Assembly: GCA_963754925.1 (NCBI GenBank)
Contig: CAVWHX010000001.1
Span: 32,001-96,000 of the forward strand
Reading direction: 5' to 3'
DNA length: 64,000 nt
Source of the DNA: an uncultured delta proteobacterium
Lineage (GTDB): Bacteria; Myxococcota; B64-G9
Positions 54,611-64,000 of this stretch are shown here, one piece after another; the stretch's first letter is position 1; the number at the start of each line of letters is the position of its first letter. The position numbers were made by a program, and so were the translations under genes. Below the pieces are notes generated by a model. It saw only the letters and a program-made list of their open reading frames with translations. It was not told the origin of the DNA and ran no database searches.

Positions 54611-54781
54611 GTCATTCCCGCGTAGGCGGCGTGCGGTTAGAGAATGTTACGACCGAAGGGAGTTACAGTCTTTTATCCTGTGGACGTGGCTGGAATCTAC
54701 CAGGAAGGGAATGTATTGGAGGAAATCGATTGATACAACTTCTTGTAGCTCTTTCTGGATCCCCGCGTTCGCGGGGATGAC
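54611..54781. repeat. GTCAT...ATGAC palindromic element with hairpin repeat copy F (54638-54685) nested inside
   Basis: GTCATTCCCGCGTAGGCGGCGTGCGG[insert]GCTGGAATC ... GATCCCCGCGTTCGCGGGGATGAC. Confidence 0.72.
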
Positions 54782-54804
54782 GTTCTGTTCTCGGGATCTC
54801 TCCA

Positions 54805-56283
54805 ATGACGCACTCGAAAAGCGCCAGATTACTCGGTCCGCTGTTTTCGTTTTTTTCTTCGCTGTGCGTCAACTGGATAAGCACCGCCGGTGTTATCCTC
54901 ACGAGCTTTGCCGGATGGGCGCTGATCGTCTCGTACATTCTGCTGTCGCTTGAGTTGGTCACCAATCCGTACCTGACCACCATGGCGTTTCTTATCATGG
55001 CGGGACTGTTTGTGCTTGGCCTGGTGCTGATTCCGTTGGGTTTTTTGTGGGAGAAAATCAAAAAGAAGACCGACCACCAGGCGAACCCCCTTCAGGCGGC
55101 TTTCAGAACGGTTTTTTCAGACGACCGGGTAAAATACGTCGCCGTTATACTCACGGCGGCCACGCTGGCCAACATCTTCATGATCGGAATTGCGAGTCAC
55201 GAAGGCGTACAATTCATGGATTCAAACCAATTCTGCGGAACTCAGTGTCACAGCGTCATGGAGCCCGAGTACACGGCCTACCTACGCTCGCCCCACGCGC
55301 GCGTACACTGTGTCGCCTGTCACATCGGGCCGGGCGCCTCCTGGGAAGTAAAGGCCAAGATTTCAGGGCTTCGCCAGGTGTGGGCGATCTGGACCAACGC
55401 ATTCGCCAAGCCCATACCCACCCCGGTACACGCCTTGCGCCCCGCGCGAGAGACCTGTGAGCAGTGCCACTGGCCGGCTAAATTCCAAGGGCAGCAGATA
55501 GCCTTCTTTCAGCATTTCAAAGACGATGAAAAAAACACCCCTCAGATCACGGCGCTTTCCCTCAAGACGGGCGGAAGGGATCCGGGCGCCGGAACCTATC
55601 GAGGTATTCACTGGCACGTGAGCCCCGATGTCGAAATCACGTACGACGCTTTGGACGAATCCCGTGACACCATAGGAACGGTTACCGCCACAAAAAAGAG
55701 CGGCGAGGTCAAAGTTTTTCAGGTGAGCTCCGCCCCGAACGCGCCGGTTAGGGAACATCGAATCATGGATTGCGTGGATTGCCATAACCGGCCTACCCAT
55801 ATCTATGATTCCAGTCCGGTTCAGGCGGCGGATAGAGCTTTCGCCGAAGGCCGACTCAGTCAAAAAGTCCCGTTTCTCCACAAGACCGCGGTTGCGCTTC
55901 TTTCCCGCAACGACGTCGATCGAGATCATGCCCAGGAATTCTTTCAGGCCAAGATGTCGGAGGCCTATCAAAACGAATATCCTGACGTGAAACTATCCGC
56001 GGAAGATGTCAAAGGCGCGGCTGCGGTCCTGGCTAATCTCTACACCACAAACGTTTACCCCCGTCTTCGAATCACCTGGGGCACCTATTACTCTCATCTG
56101 GGGCATGGAGGATATGATGAGGACACCCGCGGATGCTTCCGCTGCCATGACGATAAGCACGCGACAGCCGACGGAGAGGCCATCAGCCAGGATTGCGACT
56201 TTTGCCATGAAATGCTTCAAGAACAATCTGCTCCAGAAGCGCTGTCTCCCGTTCTCAAGTCAATGCTGTCTTCAGTTGAATAG
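54805..56283 (+). CDS. NapC/NirT-family membrane-anchored hexaheme cytochrome c
   Basis: Three N-terminal TM segments; CGTQCH (Cx3CH), CVACH, CEQCH, CVDCH, CFRCH, CDFCH. Confidence 0.88.
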   Translation: MTHSKSARLLGPLFSFFSSLCVNWISTAGVILTSFAGWALIVSYILLSLELVTNPYLTTMAFLIMAGLFVLGLVLIPLGFLWEKIKKKTDHQANPLQAAFRTVFSDDRVKYVAVILTAATLANIFMIGIASHEGVQFMDSNQFCGTQCHSVMEPEYTAYLRSPHARVHCVACHIGPGASWEVKAKISGLRQVWAIWTNAFAKPIPTPVHALRPARETCEQCHWPAKFQGQQIAFFQHFKDDEKNTPQITALSLKTGGRDPGAGTYRGIHWHVSPDVEITYDALDESRDTIGTVTATKKSGEVKVFQVSSAPNAPVREHRIMDCVDCHNRPTHIYDSSPVQAADRAFAEGRLSQKVPFLHKTAVALLSRNDVDRDHAQEFFQAKMSEAYQNEYPDVKLSAEDVKGAAAVLANLYTTNVYPRLRITWGTYYSHLGHGGYDEDTRGCFRCHDDKHATADGEAISQDCDFCHEMLQEQSAPEALSPVLKSMLSSVE

Positions 56284-56476
56284 GCGTGTACCATGTATTT
56301 CGACCGGATAGCGACGTATGGCTTTGACACTGATGCGACGCCTGTGATATCGAAAAATAGTATAGACGCCATGAATTACTCGACTCGACGGTCTGCGCGG
56401 ACGAGAAATGACGGGGAGTTCGATTACGAACCTCGGGCGGGGTACACAATCCCAAAAACAAGAGTGGGTATTACCA

Positions 56477-58799
56477 ATGAAAAAGCCAATTCTTAAGCGG
56501 AGTAGTCTGTCAAATCGAACAAACATGGCAACGATTATCTTCTTCGTCGTTGCACCGTTCTTGGGATGTCAAGGACCGGCTGGCAAGCAGGGAACGCAGG
56601 GCGTCCCCGGTGTTGGTACAAACGGTACGAACGGAGCGAACGGAGCCCCTGGAATCTCCTCCGGTACCATCGTCCTAACCCTGACGGATCAGACGGGCGC
56701 CGTCATTGTCGGGGCGTCGGTCACGACCGACCCGGCATCGGTCACGGTATCGACCAACGCCGCTGGCGTGGCCACCGTGGACAACGTGCCGATTGGCGTC
56801 TATGCGGTTTTTGGGCAGAAGAACGGCTACAAAGCTTTTGAAGCGCCTGAAGTGTCGGTCACCGCCGGATCGACGGTGACGCTCGCCGGCGTTTTGGCGC
56901 CGGGGACCCCCTGGACGCTTATCGATGTGGTCGGCATCTCCGGGCCTGAAGGCGATACAGACACCTCGCCCGACACGCGCGTCACCCTCACGGGATCGGT
57001 TTTGGACAAGAGTATCGTCACCAATGGACTGCGAAACGTCGGGGTTGGCAACTACGGTATATTTAACCGGCGCCGCAACCGATAAAAACGGCACAACCAT
57101 CACGGCCTGGTCGTGGGACATAACCGGTGCGGTAGCATTGGTAGCGCCGGCCGTGACGTTAGAAAGCACGAACTCCGGCGACTCCACCGCAGTGAGAACC
57201 TGGGTAAGCTCGGCTATGACCCGTTGGGTGCGCTTTCGTCCGATGCGCCCCGGCACGTACACAGTCACGCTGACGGTGGTTTCATCGGACCAAACCGTAA
57301 GCAACAACAGCGTGGATATCTCCGTCGGTTCATTTGTCGGCCAGCAGGCCTGCGTGAGCTGTCATTCCGAGCCGGACATTGTCGGCGTAAACAAGGCGGT
57401 GTATGAGGACTATCTACAAACCGATCATGCGTCGGCATTTATTACCACCTACGACAACCCGGCTTACCGGGATCTCTGCCTCCCGTGCCATGTGACCGGT
57501 TACGATGAGTCCGCCACCAACAATGGGTTTGACGACCGACTCAGAAATGCCGGTTGGACCACGGGATCGGCGGTTGACTATCTGAAGGGTTTATACCCGA
57601 CCATTGCGGATTTTCTGGCTGCTCCGGCAACGTTAGACGTACAAACGGTCATGAACGTTCAATGTGAGGTGTGCCACGGCCCCGGCACCAATCACCCGGA
57701 GGCCGAGGCGCACCTTTCATTCGGCGCGGGTACGTGCAAACAGTGCCACCACCAACCGGTGCAATGGGCTCTTTCCCCGCACAGCCTAAAGCCGCAATCG
57801 GATGTGGCCACCGGAACCGATTGCCTTCGCTGCCATACCGGCCAGGGATTCGTGGTGGTTCAAGACCATGGGGATCAGCCGGTGTTTCCCGACAACGCGG
57901 GCGTGACCAGGACGGCCAACATGTTCGAGCCCGGCAACGCCCAACCCATCGGCTGCGCAGCCTGTCATGACCCTCATAAGGCAGTCAACTCCAATCAACT
58001 CCGGTTCGAAGGCACCGTCACGGCGCCCATGGGGTTCGACGTGCTGGCGAACAAGGCCGCGGTATGCATCAAGTGCCATGCCGACCGAAGTGATCCTCAG
58101 TACCTGGCGGATTATCTGGCCGGCAACGAGGGTAGGGGGCCGCACCACAACACCCAAGCGGATGTGCTGGTCGGACAGGGCGGCGCGGAATACGCCGGTA
58201 AAGACTACTCGGGCACCGCATTCCACTACGTCGTGACGACCAATAAATGCGTTACCTGCCATATGAATAGCTCGACCAGCGGAACCTGCGCCACGGACGC
58301 CGACTGCCCGCCGTATGCAATCTGCTCATCCGGCGCCTGCCAAAACGAGAAATTCGGCGCTCACACCTTCAACATGTCCTGGGTAAGCAGCGCCAATCCT
58401 CCGGTCGAATACGACAACGTTGCCAGCTGCAACAACACGACGACCTGCCACGTGGGGCTCACGACGTTCAACCGCGTTTTGGCCGCCGCGGCGAGTGACG
58501 GCGGTTGGGATTGCGACCCATCCACAAACGGCATCCAAGACGAGATCCAGGCGCTTCTTAACGATCTCCAAGCGTGCCTGATCACGGATCCCTTGCTTGC
58601 GGTCAACGGCACACTGACCGATTCAGGCTACGATAGGGCCGGTATCTCGGCGCAGGAACGCCAAGCCGCATGGAATTATTGGCTGATCCAAAACGACGGC
58701 TCCATGGGCGTACATAATGCCCATTACGCAGCCCGTCTTCTGCGGGACGCCTACGACGACCTGGGCTGCACGCCCGCGCTCTCGTGCCCGCGACCGTAA
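56477..58799 (+). CDS. Multiheme c-type cytochrome lipoprotein (8 CxxCH + 1 Cx5CH); frameshift at 57056-57057
   Basis: Lipobox FLGC, collagen-like G-x-y run; removing one G joins ORFs 56408-57085 and 56925-58799 (GLRNVGVGNYVYLTG); C-terminal DGSMGVHN. Confidence 0.85.
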
Positions 58800-58814
58800 C
58801 GGTCATAGGCCATT

Positions 58815-58856
58815 GTCATTTCGAGGAGCAACGCGACGAGAAATCCAATTAGGATT
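58815..58856. repeat. Partial GTCATTTCGAGG repeat element
   Basis: Near-identical to 48235-48275. Confidence 0.7.
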
Positions 58857-58866
58857 CGTAGTTTTG

Positions 58867-59409
58867 CTAAGTCCAGGTGAAACGAATCGAGGTAAAGGGC
58901 TGTCCTTCCCAACTTTTGGATACGAACTCGGATTTAACATTTTTAGCGCCGCATAGCTCCAAGCCGCGTTCTATCCATCCCAGGTGAATATAATGGAGAA
59001 GAGCAAACTTCTCATCGAAACCAGACAATTTGTGTATAAATCGGTTTTTTGCTTCCTCGATTATCTCCGTCTTGCCAAAATCGTAAAGGTTGCGATGGGT
59101 AACTTCGTATTTCTTGATGTATGAAGACGGATCGCAGCCTTTCATGAGCGTCTTATAAATGGTGGTCATTACTGCTTGGCAAACAAATCGACCCCATTCT
59201 TTGGCAACTTCAAGATCCTTTTTTGCGGTGACCTCAAAAATCGCCTCCAAGCAGTGTTTGAAGGTCTCGTAGGGATACCACGTGCTGGGCAATATTTTTT
59301 GGCTGATGATCTCTAGGTCTTTAGTGGTCAGATACGTATCGAAAGCGCCGCTCTTTTCCTTTCTGATCATTTTTACCAACGCAATAAATATTGATCCTTT
59401 TACGTTCAT
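58867..59409 (-). CDS. DUF2378/TIGR02265-like protein, paralog 1
   Basis: VKG..F, PSTWYP, YDFG, GWIERGLELCGA; closely similar to 62506-63054. Confidence 0.65.
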   Translation of the reverse strand: MNVKGSIFIALVKMIRKEKSGAFDTYLTTKDLEIISQKILPSTWYPYETFKHCLEAIFEVTAKKDLEVAKEWGRFVCQAVMTTIYKTLMKGCDPSSYIKKYEVTHRNLYDFGKTEIIEEAKNRFIHKLSGFDEKFALLHYIHLGWIERGLELCGAKNVKSEFVSKSWEGQPFTSIRFTWT

Positions 59410-59657
59410 ATTGTTTGTCGACCCCCGTCTTGCTGTTTCGTTAGTAGTTTTGGAAGGTTATACGCTCGCCACTCATGAGTTCTCCGGTTGGATTTCAACC
59501 ATGGCCAACGTCTGATGCGATCATAGAGCTGAATTGATTTCGAGTCAAAAATTATGACTAGAATGAAAATGAAGGACGGAGGTGGCTTATTCTCCCCCGT
59601 TTCCTACCGGCTGCACCAGCCTTGCCCGGAAGGCGCCTCGTGGAGAGGCAAGGATTG

Positions 59658-61463
59658 TTATGCCGCCCCAGAAGAAGCGTACAGTTTGTCGATCTGTTCC
59701 TTGTATTTCTCAAGTACGAGTCTTCTCCTGAGTTTCATCGTCTGGGTGATCATACCGTTTTCAACGCTAAACGGCTCACCGATGAAAAGGAACTTCTTTG
59801 GAATTTCGTAGCCGCCATATTTTCCGTTCAAGGCGTTGAGGATTTCCGTTTCGATTAACCGAGTAATATCCCGACTGGTGACCATCTCTTTTGGATCTGT
59901 CGGCAAACTATTTTTTTCGGCATACGTCTTTAAAGCAACAAAATCAGGAACCACCAGGCAGATAGTATGCGGACGTCCTGCTCCATAAATCATGGCCTGG
60001 TCGACAAAGTGGACGAGCTTGATGTCTCCCTCAAGCGAATCCGGGAACACGTACTTTCCGTTATCAAGCTTAAACTGTTCTTTGATTCTACCGGTTATAT
60101 ACAGAAAACCATCTTCATCCAGTCTGCCGCGATCGCCGGTGCGAAAACCGCCATCCGGGGTCATGACGGCTTTGGTCGCTTCCGGTTTTTTATAGTAACC
60201 CTGCATGACATTCGGTCCATAGACGACAACCTCACCATCACAGGCGTTCGGCTCAACCACCGATTTGTCGATGACAATTTGAACTTTATCGATGGCACGT
60301 CCGACGCTGCCGATACGATAGCCGGCGGGAAAATTCATGGTGGCAGCCGGCGTGGTCTCGGTCAATCCATACGCGTCATACAGCGGAATGCCGATGTCCC
60401 AGAAGAAATGGGATATTTCCACATTCATGGTGGCGCTTCCCGTCAGCACTCCTCTCAGTTTTCCTCCCAGCCTCCCGCGAATTTTACCAAAGACAACCGT
60501 ATCGGCAATTTTGAACTTTAGATTGGTCAGAAAACTGGATTTACCCAGTGAGGCGAGTTCTCGTTTTCTTTTTGCGCTTTTTACACCCATAACAAATAAT
60601 TTTTTTGCAAGTCCGCCGGTTTCATTCATCTTTGTCCACAGACCATCGTATATCCTATTGAAGACCTTAGGAACTGCGACGAGAAACGTCGGTCGAACCT
60701 TAACAATATCGTCTACTATGGTGCTTGCACTTTCAGCCAAACCTACTGAGGCGCCCAAGTGGGCAAAGGTAATCAGCTCGCCCAATCCAAAAACATGGGC
60801 CCAGGGAAGTATGCTGAGCGTCCGATCGTCGGGAGTGAAGTAACCCTGAGCCAATTTAATTCGCGCATGCGAGTTGCTGGACAGATTACCGTGCGATAAC
60901 AATACCCCTTTGGGATCACCGGTCGTACCCGAAGTATACGTTAGAATGCCCACATCGCTCGCGGCGGGGAAAAGAGCCTTGACCGGTTTTGCGCCGCCTG
61001 CCTTTTCCAACTCCGTCATGCTGTTCTTGCCGGCGCCTTCTATGAGAATAATGTGTTTGACGGAAGGAAACGTCGGCAACACATCCTTTATTTTATTAAA
61101 CACTTTGATATTAGAGATAAGAAGTATCTTGATAGCGGCGTCGGCAATAATGTACTTCCAGATGTGGAGCAGCTCGTTTTCATACATCGGGACCAAAATA
61201 GCGCCCAGCCCGGTTGTCGCGATAAACGTCACCGCCCAGTTGATGCTGTTATTTGAAATAATACCTACCGTATCACCCTTCGTGATACCCCGTTGGCTCA
61301 TGCCGGCTCTGAGATTATCCACCCGTGTACCAAACTCCTGATAACTAACCCACTGATAAACGCCATTTTTGTCTTTCTCTCCCAAGAGAGGTCTATCAGG
61401 GAATCGAGCGATGCTTTCTTGGAAAATCTCAACGACATTATCCGGTTTGTCTAACTCGTACAT
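59658..61463 (-). CDS. Long-chain fatty acid--CoA ligase
   Basis: YTSGTTGDPKG, YGLTET, FRTGDRG, GRIKEQFKLDNGKYV, TQTMKLRR. Confidence 0.94.
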   Translation of the reverse strand: MYELDKPDNVVEIFQESIARFPDRPLLGEKDKNGVYQWVSYQEFGTRVDNLRAGMSQRGITKGDTVGIISNNSINWAVTFIATTGLGAILVPMYENELLHIWKYIIADAAIKILLISNIKVFNKIKDVLPTFPSVKHIILIEGAGKNSMTELEKAGGAKPVKALFPAASDVGILTYTSGTTGDPKGVLLSHGNLSSNSHARIKLAQGYFTPDDRTLSILPWAHVFGLGELITFAHLGASVGLAESASTIVDDIVKVRPTFLVAVPKVFNRIYDGLWTKMNETGGLAKKLFVMGVKSAKRKRELASLGKSSFLTNLKFKIADTVVFGKIRGRLGGKLRGVLTGSATMNVEISHFFWDIGIPLYDAYGLTETTPAATMNFPAGYRIGSVGRAIDKVQIVIDKSVVEPNACDGEVVVYGPNVMQGYYKKPEATKAVMTPDGGFRTGDRGRLDEDGFLYITGRIKEQFKLDNGKYVFPDSLEGDIKLVHFVDQAMIYGAGRPHTICLVVPDFVALKTYAEKNSLPTDPKEMVTSRDITRLIETEILNALNGKYGGYEIPKKFLFIGEPFSVENGMITQTMKLRRRLVLEKYKEQIDKLYASSGAA

Positions 61464-61584
61464 GCAATTCCCCTTGATGGGATAGTTCTCCTTGATACCG
61501 TACCTTCCGACTCAGGTTCTAAGATTGCGTTTCATGGATAAAAATCTGATAAGAAATCGATTGATGTCTAAATCATGGGCGCTC

Positions 61585-61689
61585 TTAGAAGTCAATGAAA
61601 TAAGTCCTTCCGGACCCATCCCATCCGCCACCGGCGAGTGCCAGCACCACCAGAACGATGATAATGAGCCATAGAATAGAGGTACGCAC
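61585..61689 (-). CDS. Possible 34-aa single-TM membrane peptide or remnant
   Basis: MRTSILWLIIIVLVVLALAGGGWDGSGRTYFIDF*; AGGAG abuts the GTG, so the start is doubtful. Confidence 0.35.
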   Translation of the reverse strand: MRTSILWLIIIVLVVLALAGGGWDGSGRTYFIDF

Positions 61690-61834
61690 CTCCTGTGGGT
61701 AGGCTGGGTTGATGGTCACCATCTCCGATAGGTATGCTGGCGTATGCCCTTGTCATTTTGCCAATCTGAGGGGTTGTTAGCAGGTTTGCGCCGAGGTGGT
61801 GCGGACAGCGTCTGCACCATCAATCATATAGTCC

Positions 61835-61863
61835 TTGACAAGCGTCACGTGACAAGTGAAACT
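61835..61863 (+). promoter_or_regulatory. higBA promoter with palindromic operator
   Basis: TTGACA-17 nt-GAAACT just before the start codon; GTCACGTGAC palindrome (61844-61853) in the spacer. Confidence 0.6.
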
Positions 61864-61866
61864 CTT

Positions 61867-62151
61867 ATGGTGATTAAATCGTTTGGCGACAAACACACGC
61901 GGGAACTTTTTATGACGGGTAAATCAAGACGGCTTCAACCTCATCTGTTGAGAAGGGCTATTCGCCATTTGGAATACATTGATCTCGCAACCTGCCTTGA
62001 TGACCTGAGAGTTCCACCAAGCAACCACCTCCATGCATCGAAAGGAGATCGGGAAGGTCAGTACGCGATTTCGATCAATGACCAATGGAGAATTTGTTTT
62101 CGCTTTGCAGATGGTGATGCGTATGACGTTGAAATTTCAGATTACCACTAG
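61867..62151 (+). CDS. higB: HigB toxin (RelE/ParE superfamily)
   Basis: IKSFGDK, DLRVPPSN.L, GQYAISINDQWRICF, EISDYH; toxin-first gene order. Confidence 0.92.
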   Translation: MVIKSFGDKHTRELFMTGKSRRLQPHLLRRAIRHLEYIDLATCLDDLRVPPSNHLHASKGDREGQYAISINDQWRICFRFADGDAYDVEISDYH

Positions 62152-62161
62152 GGAGAAACCT

Positions 62162-62476
62162 ATGAGTATCGAACGTAAGGAAACCCGTGAAATACCTCCC
62201 ACTCATCCGGGAGAAATGCTCCGTGAAGACTTTCTGCCTGACTATGGTCTTTCGACCGCTACGTTGGCTGAATCGCTTAGCGTTTCTCGCCAGACTATCA
62301 ATGAGCTTCTGCGGGAGCGGCGGGCAGTGAGCCCAGCAATGGCCTTGCGGCTTTCCCGATTGTTTGGCAATACCCCGGAATTCTGGATAAACGCCCAGCG
62401 GTCCTATGATCTGTGGCAGGCCAAGAAGAGCTATCGAAAGGCTATAAAAAAAATTAAACCCCTTCGTGCAGCATGA
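62162..62476 (+). CDS. higA: HigA antitoxin
   Basis: PTHPGEMLREDFL, HTH, MALRLSRLFGNTPEFWINAQ. Confidence 0.94.
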   Translation: MSIERKETREIPPTHPGEMLREDFLPDYGLSTATLAESLSVSRQTINELLRERRAVSPAMALRLSRLFGNTPEFWINAQRSYDLWQAKKSYRKAIKKIKPLRAA

Positions 62477-62505
62477 GGTAGGGGTCAAGCGTGTGCGTAG
62501 TTCTG

Positions 62506-63054
62506 CTAGGTCCAACTGAAGCGAATCGAGGTAGCGGGCTGGCCTTCCCAACTTTTGGTAACGAACTCGGATTTAACATTTTTAGCGCCGCATAGTTCCA
62601 GGCCGCGTTCTAGCCATCCCTGGATAGGATAGTAGCCAAGAGCAAACTGCGCATCGAAATCAGACAATGTGTATACCGCTTGGTTTTCTCCCTCCGCAAC
62701 TACCTCGGTCTTGCCGAAATCGTAAATGTTACGATAGGTAGTCTGGTATTTCTTGATGAAGGAAAACGGATCGCAGTTTTTCACGACATTCGCATAAATG
62801 CCGGTCATTACTGTTTGGCAAGCTGCTCGACCCCATTCCTTGGCGACTTCAAGATCATTTTTTGCGACGACCTCAAAAACAGCTTGGAGGCAGCGTTTGT
62901 AAATTTCATAGGGATACCACGTGCTGGGCAACAATTTTTGGCTGATGATTTCACGGTCTTTCTTGGTCAGATACGTATCATAAACGCCGCTCTTGTCCTT
63001 TTTGATCATTTTTACCAACTCAATAAATACTGGGCCTTTTACCTTCTTATCCAT
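62506..63054 (-). CDS. DUF2378/TIGR02265-like protein, paralog 2
   Basis: Closely similar to 58867-59409 in protein and DNA. Confidence 0.65.
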   Translation of the reverse strand: MDKKVKGPVFIELVKMIKKDKSGVYDTYLTKKDREIISQKLLPSTWYPYEIYKRCLQAVFEVVAKNDLEVAKEWGRAACQTVMTGIYANVVKNCDPFSFIKKYQTTYRNIYDFGKTEVVAEGENQAVYTLSDFDAQFALGYYPIQGWLERGLELCGAKNVKSEFVTKSWEGQPATSIRFSWT

Positions 63055-63122
63055 GGTCGCCCACCTTCTCACCGTTTCGTTAGCAGTTTTGTAAGGTTAT
63101 ACGCTCGCCGCTCAGGTGATCC

Positions 63123-63905
63123 CTACTTCGACATCTTCCGCGACCCGGAGAACAATCCTCCGCCTCCCCCCGAGCCGCCGGCATATCCGGACGAGGTCAC
63201 CAGGGAATCCGGCACGGGCAGTCCCTTCAGGAAATCAACCAGTTTTCTGGTGATATTAGTCCGCAGGTATTCGATGTCCGAATCGCTCAAATTATCGCTG
63301 GCGATTTTGATGGGCTGGCCCGCGGCGTCAGTCTCAGCCGCGAACCACACCTCGGGATGGGGGTGAAGTTCCTTGATGGTGAACATGCCGACCACATCGC
63401 CCGTGGAAACCATGATGACGCGCCCTTCCAGGATCGCCCCAAATACGTCATGTTGGGGTTGTAGCGTGCGGGCGCCATTGGGCGCATCGGCACTCTGGGA
63501 GGAGACGGTTCCCAGCATCCACGCTCCAAGCTTGACGCTGACGATCTCGACGATAAAGTCCGTGTCGATTTTTTTGCGGATGTCCGCATAATTCAGCTCG
63601 CCGCCGGCGCGACTCAGGACTTCCTTTAACAACGACCGGTCCCGAACCGTGAAATTGGCCTCCAGCAGGCCTTTTTCGATGTAACTATACAGAGAATTGT
63701 AGGACATCATTTCCGATTGGGTGATGTCCTTCGGCGAGTCGGGAACCCTCAGGACGACCTTGGGGGCGGGGTTTTTGCTCAAGAAGTCCTTCCACGAGTC
63801 CTTGAGGACGAAATCGTTATGGGCTTGATACGTCATAATCTCTGACGTCACGCAGCCCGAAACGGTCAACAGAAGGAAAAGAAACAAGAATTTTTTCGAA
63901 GCCAT
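63123..63905 (-). CDS. Hypothetical lipoprotein
   Basis: Lipobox VSGC, GGGAGA RBS, Gly-rich C-terminus. Confidence 0.7.
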   Translation of the reverse strand: MASKKFLFLFLLLTVSGCVTSEIMTYQAHNDFVLKDSWKDFLSKNPAPKVVLRVPDSPKDITQSEMMSYNSLYSYIEKGLLEANFTVRDRSLLKEVLSRAGGELNYADIRKKIDTDFIVEIVSVKLGAWMLGTVSSQSADAPNGARTLQPQHDVFGAILEGRVIMVSTGDVVGMFTIKELHPHPEVWFAAETDAAGQPIKIASDNLSDSDIEYLRTNITRKLVDFLKGLPVPDSLVTSSGYAGGSGGGGGLFSGSRKMSK

Positions 63906-64000
63906 AGGTACTTTCTCCCTACCTCGGAATAACGTAGTTAGTGGATATGGATAGAATAACCCCCCCCACGACGATAGGAAGCATATACCCTTTCCCCAGT

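Noticed and set aside
58867..63054. Diversity-generating retroelement template/variable repeat pair
   Set aside because: Differences are not confined to adenines, both copies are whole genes, and no reverse transcriptase is present

Overview
64 kb of a GC-rich bacterial chromosome, probably Myxococcota or another deltaproteobacterial lineage (inferred from an AgmX/PglI-type domain, DUF2378-like paralogs and large multiheme lipoproteins). Main content: a GT9 glycosyltransferase, proC, an RND pump with an acyl-CoA ligase, several two-component systems, a sigma54-controlled Cu/Ag Cus-type efflux operon, miaA, an attenuator-controlled ilvD-ilvB-ilvN-leuA-cimA operon, an accessory block (ERG2/sigma-1-receptor homolog, SDR, Fic), ilvC, leuCDB-pheA, an FGGY kinase with a sphingosine-1-phosphate-lyase-like gene, a three-gene multiheme cytochrome cluster and a HigBA module between duplicated genes. 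Highlights: (1) an unannotated ~260-330 nt structured RNA gene at 40530-40865 (-) with its own promoter, boxA-like element, closing stem and terminator; (2) a ~55-nt covarying hairpin repeat family, one copy inserted in frame in the ilv leader peptide; (3) eukaryote-like lipid enzymes; (4) a 37-aa ORF duplicating the N-terminus of the response regulator it precedes. Six genes carry seven single-base frameshifts, mostly in base runs, which are probably sequencing errors. No rRNA, tRNA, CRISPR array or transposase was recognised. All family assignments are from motif recognition by eye, not database searches.
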